Made by a program: the position numbers and the translations under genes. Shown here piece by piece: positions 43,071 through 55,559 of a DNA stretch of 64,000 bases. The stretch lies in the NCBI RefSeq assembly GCF_009914755.1, contig NC_060944.1, one strand, 5' to 3'. Each line of letters opens with the position of its first letter. Position 1 is the stretch's first letter. Source of the DNA: the human T2T-CHM13v2.0 reference genome, Homo sapiens. The notes beneath the pieces are model-generated. The model was not told the DNA's origin, did no database searches, and saw nothing but the letters and a program-made list of their open reading frames with translations.

Positions 43071-43367
43071 CACATACCCTATTTGCATGCATATTCTAGA
43101 TTTGGTAGGGTGAAACAAAGAGCACCTGGATACTAAGAAGAATTTTTAACCAGTTCTTCCTACCTTTAAAAAAATTACTCAAAAGTGAATACTTATAACA
43201 TGATTCTTTTGTAAGCATGGCCTATTTTTTGAATTTCTTGAGACTGTAGGGTGAGGAAAGTATGCCTAGTAGTTTTAGGCTTCAAAATATAATTTAGTAA
43301 AAAATTTAAAAAGTCATGATTTTCAAGATATAATCTACTATACTGAGACATTATCCCTTGTACAAAG

Positions 43368-43822
43368 TGTTGATTTTAGAATTTACCTAAAAGCAAACAC
43401 CAAGATAAGGGTTTGAGTGGGGACGTATTTGGTGATGTGATTTGAAGAAGCACAAGGAAGAAGAAGGAGGGCCAATGAAGGGGAGATTAATGAGTAAGCC
43501 ATTTCTGTGGGTAACTGAGGTTCAATCCTATTGAGACCTTCAGAGAGATTGTACAAAGTATGCTTATCATTGATCCCCCAAGAACTGAAGAAGAAGGGGT
43601 ATTTATCTATTTACTCATATGCCCAATTAGTTAAAAGGTAACCCTGAGGGACGTTAATATCCCAGAACTTTCAGCGTTTTAAACCAGAGCTGCTTATTTG
43701 CCAAAAGACCTCAAACAGAGGTAGACATGGAGGCTTGAGTAGGAAGCTGCCTGCATGGTCAGGAATTGACCTCCAGAGCTGCAGATGTCCTCCAGGATGG
43801 GCTAAGAACAGTATCTGCTAAA
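43368..43822 (-). mobile_element. ERVL-class solo LTR (LTR33-like)
   Basis: aagcaaacaccaagataagggtttgagtg...ggggtatttatctat...cagtatctgcta, homologous to 28846-29299. Confidence 0.6.
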
Positions 43823-44329
43823 ATGTGGAATATCATAAAGCTCATCCTTGGTCTCATTGAAGGGGTTGGCCTTCTTTCAGTATAAATACCTAATCAGAAT
43901 ATAAGCAAAATATGAAATAGGAAGCTCTGTCTCCTTTCTTATTTCAGAGTCTCAATGTCCAGTTGACTGCTTAGTTCTATATGCTCTTCCCAATAGGAGC
44001 TCAATGTGCTCAGGCTCCCCTGGTATTTCCTCACTCACCTTAGCCCACATCACCTACAGTACACGGCACCTCACTTATAATCTGCTCTTACTAAATGGTC
44101 CATGCTGCAGATTATGTAAATACATCCAAATGCATTCTTTTCTGGCTCATTATTACAGGATTCTGATATTAGATGTGAGAAGAGCTATAATATCACGAAA
44201 AGCATTCATATTCAGTGATATCCCTCAAGAATATGAGTTCTAACTAAGAAAAGCCAACCATAGAAAAATCTAGAAATGGTGAGACTTTATCCATTAAAAC
44301 AGGTCAGTAGAGATGCTAGATGGGCCCTG

Positions 44330-45225
44330 GAATAAACATTGTCTCTTCCCTACCCAATATCGACAGCCCTCTATGCCGCCTTTCATCTTATTTCAGAGTC
44401 ATGATTTCTCAAGATACAGCCACACCAGGATCCCAAGAAATATAAGCTTCTACCCTAGTTTTCAGGGGCAAATCATGATAGGTCTAGACCTGTGCTTGTC
44501 CAACACACCGTCCCTTGCTTCTTGTAGTGCTAGAGTACTTAATATGTGCATAGATTCCACTGAGATGCACTTCAAGTGTAAATGTGAAATATCTTGTTAA
44601 TAATTTTTATGTTGATTATGTAATGAAACAATAATACTTTGGATATACTAGATCATATGAATACATCAATAATTAATATAATTAATAAAACATTAAAATT
44701 TATTGCACCTCTCTTTACTTTTTAAATATGGCTACTAAATTATTTACAATGTACATATGTGGCTTGCATGATATTTCTAATGGACAGTGCTGTTCTAAAC
44801 AAATCATGATGATCTCATTTCCCATGGCTAGTAATCGATTCAGGGGTGGCAATGTGACCCAGTTCTCTCGAGATCTAAGAATAAATACGTGTGTGTAACT
44901 CCTGGGAAAGTGCTTGTTTTCTTGATAAAAATAAACAGTTTTGGCTGGCATGTTTCTCTGTTCTTTTACTCTCTTCTCTTCCTTTGCCCTGAAACACAGA
45001 TGAGATGCCTGTGGTGTGGTAGCCATGTTGTGACTGTGAGGCAGGAATAGGCCAACAACTTTAAGGAATCAGTGTAACTCAATGTGAAAGGTGTTGGGTT
45101 TTGGATGATATTGTAGAGCACCTGCATCAACACTGGACTGTACTTCTCTTGACTTCTTGATAAGTCTCTATTAATTTAAGCTCTGCGTTGCATTCAAGGT
45201 TTTATTTACATGCAGATAAATTGTG
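44330..45225 (+). mobile_element. Old MLT1 (K/L-like) LTR interrupted by MER33
   Basis: aatcatgatgatctcatttcccatggctagtaatcgattcaggggtggcaatgtgacccagttct...ggtagccatgttgtgactgtgagg. Confidence 0.65.
44490..44792. mobile_element. MER33-like hAT-Charlie element
   Basis: TIRs ctgtgcttgtccaa / tggacagtgctg. 8-bp Charlie-type TSD gtctagac (44482-44489) / ttctaaac (44793-44800). Confidence 0.8.
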
Positions 45226-45695
45226 GATTAAGGGCAGAGAGCCATTCCATCATCCTCCATTTACACTCACCATACTTAAGGGCAAGCCATTTAAAGAAGG
45301 CATTTTGAAGGAGTTTTAATCTTATAAAATGGTCTTCATTCACTACTAGAGGGCAGTTTACTAATTATCTTCACTCAAGCTCGGTGTTATTTCACCTGTC
45401 TATGAAGAGTTGATTCTGTATTTGTGTTTACCTAATATGTAAAATTATTTCACTATATAATCAACATAAAAAAATTAACAAGATATTTTACTATTTACTT
45501 AACACTTGCAGCACATCTCAATAGAATCTTCTCACATTTTAAGTACTCTGGAACTACAAGAAGCAAGGGACTGTGTGTTAGACAAGCACAGGTATGGACC
45601 TATCATGATTGGTTTCTAAAAACTAGGGTAGGAGCTTATCTTTCTCATGATCCTGGTATGCCTGTTTCAGGATTAGGCTAGTCCTGAAAGTGTGG

Positions 45696-46150
45696 GTAGC
45701 AGACATTGTTGCTATTCTGCCCAGGTCCACTTTGCAGGGTTAGAGTACCAATACCTGCTGCTACAAGCAGAAGTTGTTAACAGCTCCCAGCTGCCTCCTT
45801 CTCCAGAGGGTTCCTGTCAGCCTATGAGAGTCATCTCACCTAGAAATAACTGAGAGATTCTATGTTCTCCCCTTGCGGACAACCCAGAGCTAATGACTGA
45901 CCTGTAAGGAAGACAAAAAAGTTGACTCTCTTTTCTCCAGTTGGACCAACTCTGTGGTAGCACGCATGCTCCAGAGCACCCTGTGGGACCTAGGCTGGAC
46001 TCCAGCTAAGACCACATCATTGCTTGGCTCCACATCATTGCCCTGTCCTGCTTCCTTTATTTCCGTTATCCAGAGAGCTCTTGCTCAGTAAGTCGCTTGG
46101 TCAAGAACCCTTGCCTCAGGCTCTGCTTCTAGAAAATCTGACTGAAGACA
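45696..46150 (+). mobile_element. ERVL-class solo LTR (LTR16-like)
   Basis: cagctcccagctgcctccttctccagag...gctccagagcaccctgtggga...ctcaggctctgcttctagaaaatctgactgaagaca. Confidence 0.75.
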
Positions 46151-48169
46151 TATTTTTATAAGAAGTTGACACTCACTGTTTTAATCCATTAATCATGAAG
46201 AAAATTTATAAGTGCAATTAATGATGTTATATCAACGTTTTTAACATATCCTGGAATAGCTACCAATTATTTAAATAAATTGGTAAAACAGGTATTTTCT
46301 GCTTCAACAGGTAATTCTTCATGAATTCTAAGAATTCATAAAGCTACTCTTTATACAAAGAGGAAGGCTATTCCACTGTGTAAAAGTAAGATAGTATGCC
46401 AAATCCTACATAATTTTGTGTTGCTCTGAATCTTCATTTCACTTAAAAATTTAAACCATCTACAAGCAGCATATTCAAACTAAGTAAAATATCTTTGCTT
46501 TAAAACTACTTTTGCTGTACCCCTAATGAATAGAATAGAGGAACCATAGACAGAAAAGGGTTTTGAGATTGTCACAAAATTGATTTCATGCTCGACAGGG
46601 GCATGAACTAGCAAGGATAGTTCTTTGTAATTTCAGCCAGGTGCCCAAAGGAAATCAATATGTAGATATGAAAAACATAACTCTACTTCTACTACAGAGT
46701 CAGGCAAAGAATTCTGGTGGCAGAGTGACTGGGTAAGAGATTCTAATTAGGGAATGGGAAGAAAAGGAAATGAATATGCTCCCCTAAGGATCTGACTGAA
46801 GGGTGAAGTTCCCATTCATTTGCATTAGGTATTGTAGTCAAAGCTGGTTTTGTTCCCTGAGTCAAGGGAGAACTATGGATATGGGCCAGATTTAAATGTG
46901 TTTTGTGTAGCATTTCCTGTGCTCTCTCATCTTTACATTGCATAATTTCATGGAAATGCTTAAAATATTTTGAGAAAGTAGGTTATAGGTTTTATGTTCT
47001 TTGGAAAAATAAATTGCACATATCTGGAACAGGGCTGCTCTACTGTTTTGGTCATTAACATTATCAGTATTGTTGTGTGAGTTCAGATGAATCTATAGGC
47101 TATCTTGTAAAGATGAAGGATGTATTATCTAGAGTTTTTTTTACTAATTTACTTTCACACAAGCACCCTGTGGCTATTTTTATTTATTCAGCAAGTACTT
47201 TAAAGCTCCTACTATACCAAGACTTAGTGTGAGACTTTGGCGAGATCTTATGACTTCACAAGAGAAAAAAATATACAAATAGAATTCCAGATCAACATTG
47301 AGAGAGATGTATGTTAAAAGACAAACATGTGAAATGCCCTGGGGATTAAGAAGAGAAAAGACTATCTTTAGCTACTACTGTGACCACTGGAGGAAAAGGT
47401 GGCAAGTATCTGAAATCATTATTGTAGACATCACGCTGGATATTATTAAGACAGTCTACATGTTAAGCAGAGATAAACAGGGCTATGATTTAATGAGTTA
47501 ATCTCTCTCATATACTAAAATCACGCTTCTAACTATTTTAAGTCTAGAAACTTTTCACAAAGACTGAAAATCCAGGAGTTATTTTTCAGAAAACTTCCAA
47601 GGATTTCAAAAAAATGACTTACTAAATAGAAAGCTCTTCACAAAAATAGCTGGAGACAAAGTCCCAAAGAAAAGAATTTTGATGGCATCTATTTATTAAA
47701 AGAATGTTTTTTTCCAGCATCACTTCAAAGTGAAGAATTTCATTTTGAGGAGTCAAGGTTTTCAGGGACAGAGGTTTCTAAAAATCATCAAAAACCAAAA
47801 GAGAAAAAGAAAAAATACATAGTCACATCTCATCTCTGGATTTCTGAAACAATGAGGAATGAGAGCGGGGAGCGAAGGAAGGAGAGAGAAGGAAAAGAAG
47901 CACAGATTTACTAATTGGTTTAGAGAAGACCTTATGCTCTTTACATAGTTGACCATATTTTCAAAAAGAAAAGTAAAAACTTTCATTAGCTTGAGGATGA
48001 AAGTAAGGTAGATATTGGAGAGAATAAAAAGATTTAGCAGACCTCAGAATTTTTACTTTTATAACACTTTCTGCTTTTGAGATTTGCAATAAATTTTAGG
48101 AATTTGTTTCTTGATTCTATATGTAGATGAGCTTTATTTTAAAGCAGAAAGTTGGTCTTAGTACTCTAT

Positions 48170-48500
48170 GCTTATATAATATTTATTGATTCATCAACTA
48201 CCGGGTGTTTACCCTGTGCCAGGCACTGTGCTAGACATCAGGGATACAGAGATGAGATTTAGTACTCACAAGTTGTAATCTAAGGTGACAAACAAATTCA
48301 TCTCTCATATCAATACTAATAACACTGAATATATAATCTGTTTCATACTCTACTAAACACCATATATTGGATTTATGAAGACGATGGGTTTTTACTATTA
48401 AATTAGATTCTTACTCTTAATAAATAGCCCAGAGAAGTTAAATAGCTTGCCCAAGATCCCCTCTGCTGAGGTTAGGCTCCTAACCATCACACTATTTGTG
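48170..48500 (-). mobile_element. L2 3' end (~48170-48290) followed by a MIR fragment (~48320-48500)
   Basis: ccctgtgccaggcactgtgctagacatcagggatacagagatg; gcccagagaagttaaatagcttgcccaagatc. Confidence 0.65.
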
Positions 48501-48829
48501 TATTATTTAAGAGCTATGTTAGAGTCTATAATTATTTTTGCAAAAGAAGTGAGAAACCCTGCCTGCCTAGAGTTGGGGATGGGGGAAGGAAGAGAATTTG
48601 TTAAGGCTCTTCAACACTGGAATATTTGAGATGAATCTTAACAAATGAGTGGCTGGGGGCAATGAGAAGAGTGTATGCAGAAACTCAGCAATAAGAGCAA
48701 ATAGCTCAGGATGGGACACTGAATAAGCTGGGAAGAGGGGCAAGAGATAAAGCTAGAAAAGCAAGCAAGATTCCAGGGAACCTGGCATGTCTTGCTTGTA
48801 GGTGTTTGACATGATCGGGGAAGGTTATA

Positions 48830-49260
48830 TGTTAAGGCACGTTCCACAGAAGCAGGCTGTGAGACAAGGATTCATTCAGCTATAAATGATTTATTAAGGC
48901 AGCACTCCCAGGAGAAACTGGATGAGGAAAGAAGGACAGGAAAGGAAAAGAGGCTAAGCAAGGATACACTTTCAGGTAGAGTCTCGGTCTCAGTCTGATC
49001 CCATGTGGGAGCTCTGGAGTCTAGCATACATCTCAGAGTAAATTTTGCATAAAAGCAAATATTCTGGGATTCCTACTGTCCCAGAGAGATATAAACTCCC
49101 AGAGACTTCCAGTTCTCTGTGAATATGGGAAAAGCAACTCCAGTAACCCAAGAGTGGACCTCTGAAAAAAGGTGCAGAATGCAGTCATTTATCAGCAAAG
49201 CAGGCAGAAACTGGGACGCTGTGAACAGAACATGGACAGGGAACATCAATGTCTGTCACA
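48830..49260 (-). mobile_element. ERVL-class solo LTR (LTR33/LTR41-like)
   Basis: cagaagcaggctgtgagacaaggattca...ctcagtctgatcccatgtgggagctctggag...tctgtcaca. Confidence 0.65.
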
Positions 49261-49859
49261 GCTGGTAATCCCATAACTGTCATTAGAATAGACATTCAAT
49301 TAGAATGGTTGTCATTAGAATAGACATGTCTATTCAAAGACATTTAAACTCTTGAATTGAAACATGTTAAAGTCTCCAGGAAAAAAGAAAGTTGTCTATT
49401 AAGCAATGAAAGTAACAGAGGCAGAGATGAAAAGCCTGTGGAATTATAGGCGATTAGGACAGAAATCAGAAGGAAGCTTAGAAATTACCCAGCCTGAGGA
49501 CTATGTATAGATGAAGAAACCACAACCAAGGAAATCACTACATTCATATAATTAGTAGAAGTTTTTTTAATTTGGTAAAATTAAGTTTTAAATTTGGTAA
49601 AGTGAATGTGTTTCCATATGTGTATCCTAGGAGGTAGAAAGAGGTGGGAAGATGAGGTATCCTAGAAAGAGACTTCTCCAAAGTCTCTTTGGGCATTTTG
49701 CCTTAAAAAAACAGAAGTTTTTCCTCCTGTTTCCAAATTGAGTCTGTTCTGTATCCTATTACTTTCTATCCCACAACTTTAATGCTGAGGAGACCTTCTA
49801 TTCTAACTTTAAGTTGAAAAATGACAACATCTATCTTAATCACTGAGATTTTAATTGAT

Positions 49860-50252
49860 TAACCATTCCTTGTCAGCCTGAGTATGTTTCCTAGGCTCCG
49901 TTGCAGTTAGGTGTGGCTTTGTAATTGAATCCTAGGCTGTAAATAGAGATGATACAGCTAGAAGCACCACTTCCAGACCTTCCCACAAAAATATTCAGGT
50001 AGCCTTCTGTGTTCTTGTGTTCCATATGCTGGCCATAATGAAGAGAACTCCAAGGAAGTGAAAAAAGGTAGGTCAACAAAATGACAAGATTCTGGATCTC
50101 CAAACTATGTAGAGCAACCCCTCCTCCCCAGCTCAACTAATCATCCCACATTGAACTATAACATGGGCAAATAAATAGTAAACACTTATTTTGGTCAATG
50201 ACCTAAATTTGGACTTGATTTGCTACAGCAGTTATCTACCCCTACTAATATA
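49860..50252 (+). mobile_element. MLT1 (J/I-like) LTR
   Basis: gttgcagttaggtgtggctttgtaattg...caccacttccagacc...tttgctacagcagttatctaccctactaata. Confidence 0.7.
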
Positions 50253-50679
50253 TAAAATTGGTGAGATTGATCAAACCTTATCAAGTGCCTTTTGAGCCAC
50301 TCTAAGGCACCAGGCTGGTATAGTAGGAAACCCAAAGATAAATAAAACATGACCTTCTTCTGAAGTGTTCTGTATCATAGCCAGTGAGAAAAGACATGAA
50401 CACAGGAGGAGAGGTCAGGACAATAGATGCTATTGGAATTAGAAGCAGTAATAAAACACTTTGGGTTGCATGGATGATCTTTCAAAGAAATAGTAGCTTA
50501 CTAAAACCTTAAAGGATTGATCAGTATTTTTGTAAGTTAAGATGGTAGAGTGAGAGTCAGTCACATGTAGGAACGACTGAAACAATGACAGGATGTGGGA
50601 GTCCTCTTGGGATGTAATCAAGAAGTATGGTAAAACAATGGAACCAGATTTTTGAGGACATTGCATTTTAAACTGTGTG

Positions 50680-51158
50680 GTTTAATCAGGTGTCTGTTAC
50701 TAGATAGCAAGTGGCCCCAAAATTTGGAGACTTAAAACAACTATTTATTATTTATTACAGGTCTATGGTTTGCCCAGTAGAGTTTTTCTGCTATGGTACA
50801 AGCTTGGCTGATCTTGACTGGGCTCGCTCATGCATTGGCATTTAGCTAAAGGGTCTGCTGGAGACTGGCTGATCTGGGATGATCTCAGCTATTGCAAATT
50901 GTCCCTATTCTTTGTTTCTTAAGTTCTCCATCATGATAGCCTGGAGTTATTTTTATATCAGTAGCAGGAGACAAAAGAGAAAAATCTGAAATGCATAAGT
51001 ACTTCTTAAAGTCTCTGCTTGCATCCAGCTTGCTTCTGTTCTATTGCATAAAGCAAGTCTCATGATCAAGCCTAGCATCAGTATGGGAGGGTGTACCACA
51101 GGGTATCAATAGAGGGAAGTGTGCAAAACTGGGACTATTAATGCCAGTGATATCCATA
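50680..51158 (-). mobile_element. MLT1 (G/H/I-like) LTR
   Basis: ccccaaaatttggagacttaaaacaactatttatt...tctattgcataaagcaagtctcatgatcaagcc. Confidence 0.7.
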
Positions 51159-51179
51159 ATTGGTATATGCACTCAAAGA

Positions 51180-51410
51180 TGTGAATAAATAACTCTGAAA
51201 CTAGAACCACCTGGATTCATATCCCAGCTGTATGATCTTACGCATGATATTTAAACTTTCTATTCCTCAGTTTTCTTATATGAGAAATGGGGATAAACTA
51301 CCACCTATATCATAGAAGTGTTTGAGGATCTAGTAAGTTGATATATGTAAAGTGTTCATAGCAGTGCTCGGCACATGTTAAGTTCTTTCCATATATAAGT
51401 TAGTTATTAC
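51180..51410 (+). mobile_element. MIR SINE
   Basis: cctggattcatatcccagctg...cctcagttttcttatatgagaaatggggataa. Confidence 0.75.
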
Positions 51411-51596
51411 CAGGTCAATTTTAGAAATTTGGTAAAGTGAGTGTGTTTCCATGTGTGAATCCAAGAAGGTAGAAAGAGGTGGGAAGATGAGGTATCCTAG
51501 AAAAAGACTTATCCAAAGTCTTCTTGGGCATTTTGCCTTAAGCTACCCCAGAGTACAATTCCAGTTCCTTTATTAGCTGGTGGCATTTTTGTAGAT

Positions 51597-52154
51597 AGTC
51601 AAAGTCCAATTTCTCTTGACAAAGTTAAACAGTCAAGGAAGACTTTACTCAGGGCTGTTACAATAGTGGAGAGAGGCCAGATCTGAGTCTGAACTAAATA
51701 TCTCTAAAACAAAAGATGAAGAGTTCCTAAGAGCTGAGGTGAGAGGAAGATCATAGGTCATCTGTGTGTGCTAATTGGTTTTATCCAAATTAAATATAAC
51801 CCCTTCCCACAAGATCAACAAATCCTCTTGTGTCTTCATGACGTGAAGCAGTTTTGCAACTGGGAAATTAGGCTTCTTCCCTTCCAGAGGAACTGGGAGA
51901 TAGAGGCCTGTCCTCCTTGATGATCACATTTGAAAGAAATGGTTCCCAGGGCCTTGAGAAAAACACTCCTGGGTTGGAAAACTGGCAAGATGCTTTTACA
52001 AGGCTTTTTATATCAAAGGGACAGTGAAAGGTTTTACAACTACAAGTTTTATAAAGTAAATGCTCTAAGAAAAGGGAGATCAGGGGACTAGAGCTGAGAG
52101 GACACCTGATTAAATTGTAGCCAAGCTGAGGGAATGTTAGGGCTTTCTTGGTCA
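51597..52154 (-). mobile_element. ERV1-class solo LTR (MER67/MER31-like)
   Basis: Minus strand begins TGACCAAGAAAGCCCTAACATTCCCTCAGCTTGG...CCCTTTTCTTAGAGCATTTACTTTATAAAACTTG. Imperfect 4-bp TSD agat/agaa. Confidence 0.75.
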
Positions 52155-52966
52155 AGAAAATCTTGTAGAGTTTCTATGCACTTTACCACTTCAACCTTAA
52201 ACTGAGAAATTAAAAAGATTCAGTAGATGGCCAGTCAGTAACTTTTTGTTTAACAATATTTCTTGTGGGATTTTAAACCCGTGGTGGGTAACTACTTTAG
52301 ACACTAAACAGGGCCCTGGTGAATATTCAAAATGCCTATTTCATGGCCACGGACACTCTAAACAAAAATGTTTTACATGAATCAAGAAGAGAAGGGCATT
52401 TAAAATGTTTAGAGCCAATAACATTAATCAAAACAACGAGCCAAAGGAAAGAAGAGGCACTTTAAATTTCCATAACATATTGTAATATGTAGTTTGTAAT
52501 GCATCTATGCATTTCTTTCTTGGAATAACATGCTTCTTGGAGCATATTTTTATTTGAATCTGGTAGTGCAGATGGCACAGGAAAGTGTGAGTCTCTTGGG
52601 GTGCTGAGAAAATGAGAGGGTTAGGCTGGAATATAAAATGAGAAAGAAAGACCTATTTAGATGGTAAAGGAAAAGAGGGGAACAAAAAATGTTGATGATG
52701 AGATCTGAAGGGTGAAAGAGAAAGGTACCTTGCAGAGTAGCATGGACAACATATTTGTCTACCTAAGCCTCCTCCATATTTATTTTGGAAAACTCAGTAC
52801 CATTCCCCTATATAGGGTAACTCTTCTTCCCTCGGTTTCCCATGGAGTAATTTTACAGAGGACAGACAATGCTAAGACCTGAATCAACAGGAGGGTTGGG
52901 TGTACTACTCAAAATAAGCTAAACAGTGGTGTTCAAACGATGTAGACCAAGATGGATGAGACATTG

Positions 52967-53080
52967 TAGAGTGGCCAACTGTCCTTTTTTTCCCATGACT
53001 GAAGAGTTTTCCAAGGAAATGGGGTTTTAAGAGCTAAAATCAGGAAAAGCCCAGAAAAAACAGGACACTTGGCAGTTTAG
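52967..53080 (-). mobile_element. MER81-like MITE
   Basis: agagtggccaactgtcc...gagctaaaatcaggaaaagcccag...caggacacttggcag, antisense homologue of 7512-7622. Confidence 0.6.
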
Positions 53081-53559
53081 ATGAACGTTTCTGTGGCTCA
53101 CGATCAATCTTATCTTGACGAATAAGGTAGAAAATTATTGTAGTCAAATTTGTCAGTTTTCAAATGAAAATCACTCTATGAGAAATCTGGTGGAGATCTT
53201 TGCTTTAACACCCCTCACGCTCAAACCAATTTAGTTAAGACAAGCATACGAGTTGGGATACTAAATGAGAGATTATAATTTTAGAAAATGTGAAAGGGCA
53301 CATCTAATATTCTCTACTTACAAATAAGATTTCATAAAATTTCTCCCATTTAGCAAAAAGATCACATCACACATTAATTAAGCCATATCCTCATCTCTCT
53401 CCCTAAACTTCACAGGTACACATAGAGAACTATCAGTGAGGTATTACAGAGAATGGTAAAGAAATAGCCTAAAATGGTTAATTGCATCTACATTAGTTAC
53501 TAATATATTGTATACCACCCAATTCTGCATTCAGATGGTAACACTTCTCTAAAGCCTAA

Positions 53560-54007
53560 AGTCTTGGTTTGGGTTCTCCACAAAGCAAAACCTGAGACAA
53601 GAATATCAGTGGAGGTCATTTATTTGGAAGTGAGTCCCAGGGGCAAAAGTAGGGATGTGTGGAAAGTGGGATAGGAAAGAGAGAAAAGCCAAGAAGGGTG
53701 TATTAATCATCTGGTTGCTGCTGTAAAAATCTGGGGCTCAGTCCCGCTGAGAATTTGAGAATTATGTAGAAAATTCCCCAGACTTATAGGAAGATGAAGG
53801 TGCAGGAATATTTGTCCAGTGGCTCTCTTCAAACCCTAGTGGAGAGCTGACCCTGAGGGTGTTAATGGCCGGAGCATTGGGGTTTTGCAGTTTGGCAATG
53901 TTTCATGGCTAAGATGCACACTTCACTGACCCATGCCCCACCCCCATTGTGCAGAAATTAGGTGGGCCAAGGCAATGAGATACAATGCACCAGAAGCATC
54001 TGCTGCA
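53560..54007 (-). mobile_element. ERVL-class solo LTR (LTR33/LTR16-like)
   Basis: gtcttggtttgggttctccacaaagcaaaacctgagacaag...gcaccagaagcatctgctgca. Confidence 0.7.
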
Positions 54008-55559
54008 GCATCCTAACATTTCTGCATATAAAATATTTTCCTTATACAGTCACCCTACAGGGACCTAACATAAGCTAATGAAGACTCTTGAAGACCGTAT
54101 AGGAGCAATAGGCTTATTTACTAATGATCAATTGAAGCTGAGCGAAGTTAAGAAGTGACTTAAAACCGCACATGGACTCTTGGTAGAGAAAGATAAAAAA
54201 CTGAAATTTTTTTCCTTCATTCCAGGGGATATCTGTTCACACTGAATGTGTGAGTATAGCCAAAGAGCCTGGAATGTGGGACAGCTACAAACACGATTTT
54301 GATATTAATGTGGGAATGATTCAGAGTTTCTCTTCTCTCATGCTTTGAAAATTATTCTTAATAGAAACATTTCATTGTATAAAAGCAAAACAACATGCTA
54401 TTTGGAAATAGAAATTGTGAAGTTGAATACTGAGCACAGTACCTACTTACTGGGAAACATCAGGCAAAAATAAAATGCTTTCGTTTAGTTTCAGTTTCTT
54501 CATCTGTGAAATGAGTACGGCTTACTCTGTCTCGAAGTACGCTGCTGAAGATTAAATGAAATCAATTAGGTAAAAAGCATTGTAAGTCATAGCTACCAAT
54601 GTTGTCAATATCATTAAAAGTACTACTAAAAATTTCCCCAAGTGTGACTTTTTGGAGGGTCTTTGAATCTGAGTTCTGCATACTTGCTTTCCAGTGCCCC
54701 TCCATACTGCAAAAGACCACCATGGATATGGTGAGACATGCAATAAAGCTAAGGAGCAAAAATTAGAAATCCACAACAATTTATTGTCAATATAACAACA
54801 TATTGATTATTTATTGACTGAACTTTAGCACATGAAAATTGTGTTTGCAAATAAATGCAGACTAACCCAAGAAGGGCAACAATGGTTTGTTACAAGGGGT
54901 AAAACAAAAAGTATCTTAGACTACTGTTCATTTTTTTGGTTACAGTGTTCCAAAGAGCCCAGTGAGTTTGCTGTGGGTTTGTGTGTTTCTGTTTAACTAT
55001 ATAGCAGGCCCCAGAGAATACAGGAGACTTTTCATATCTTTGTTGCACGATGCCTTCCCTGGAACCCCAGAGAATGGCTTTGATGATTTACTCTCACAAT
55101 ATGCTTGAAAAGAAATCAGCATTGTTTTTGTTTGGCATATTTTTTTTCTTTATTCTTTCTGGTTTAAAATTGCTCTATTAAGCCATATGCAAAAAAGGCT
55201 TTACCCCAGGCCAGACAGATTTCAATGAAGGAGGTTAAAAAAGAGCTGAGTTAAACTCACTGTTACATCAAACTCAAACCTTCTAGGTGATAATCCCTGA
55301 AGTCAAATTTCAAACTCTAGTTTTTGTTAAGCAGCCTGTAGGCAACTCCACTAATAAAAGCCTCTTATCGGTATTGTATATCAAAGTTCACAGCTATGAT
55401 TCACCACCATTATCATATGCACAATTTATGAACAGTTTGATATAAATACATATTTTTTCTATGTATTGGTGGGCTGGAGTATGCATTGAACTTGACCATT
55501 GACAGCTCTTGCCAAGAACTGAAAGGCCAGCAATTAAAAAAAAAAAAAAAAAAAACCCA

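Noticed and set aside
42143-46316. Recursive-splice-like motifs tttctgtccatcag|gtaaga (~42156) and ttttctgcttcaacag|gtaatt (~46310)
   Set aside because: No host intron is established, the first lies at an L1 relic edge, and such motifs occur by chance.
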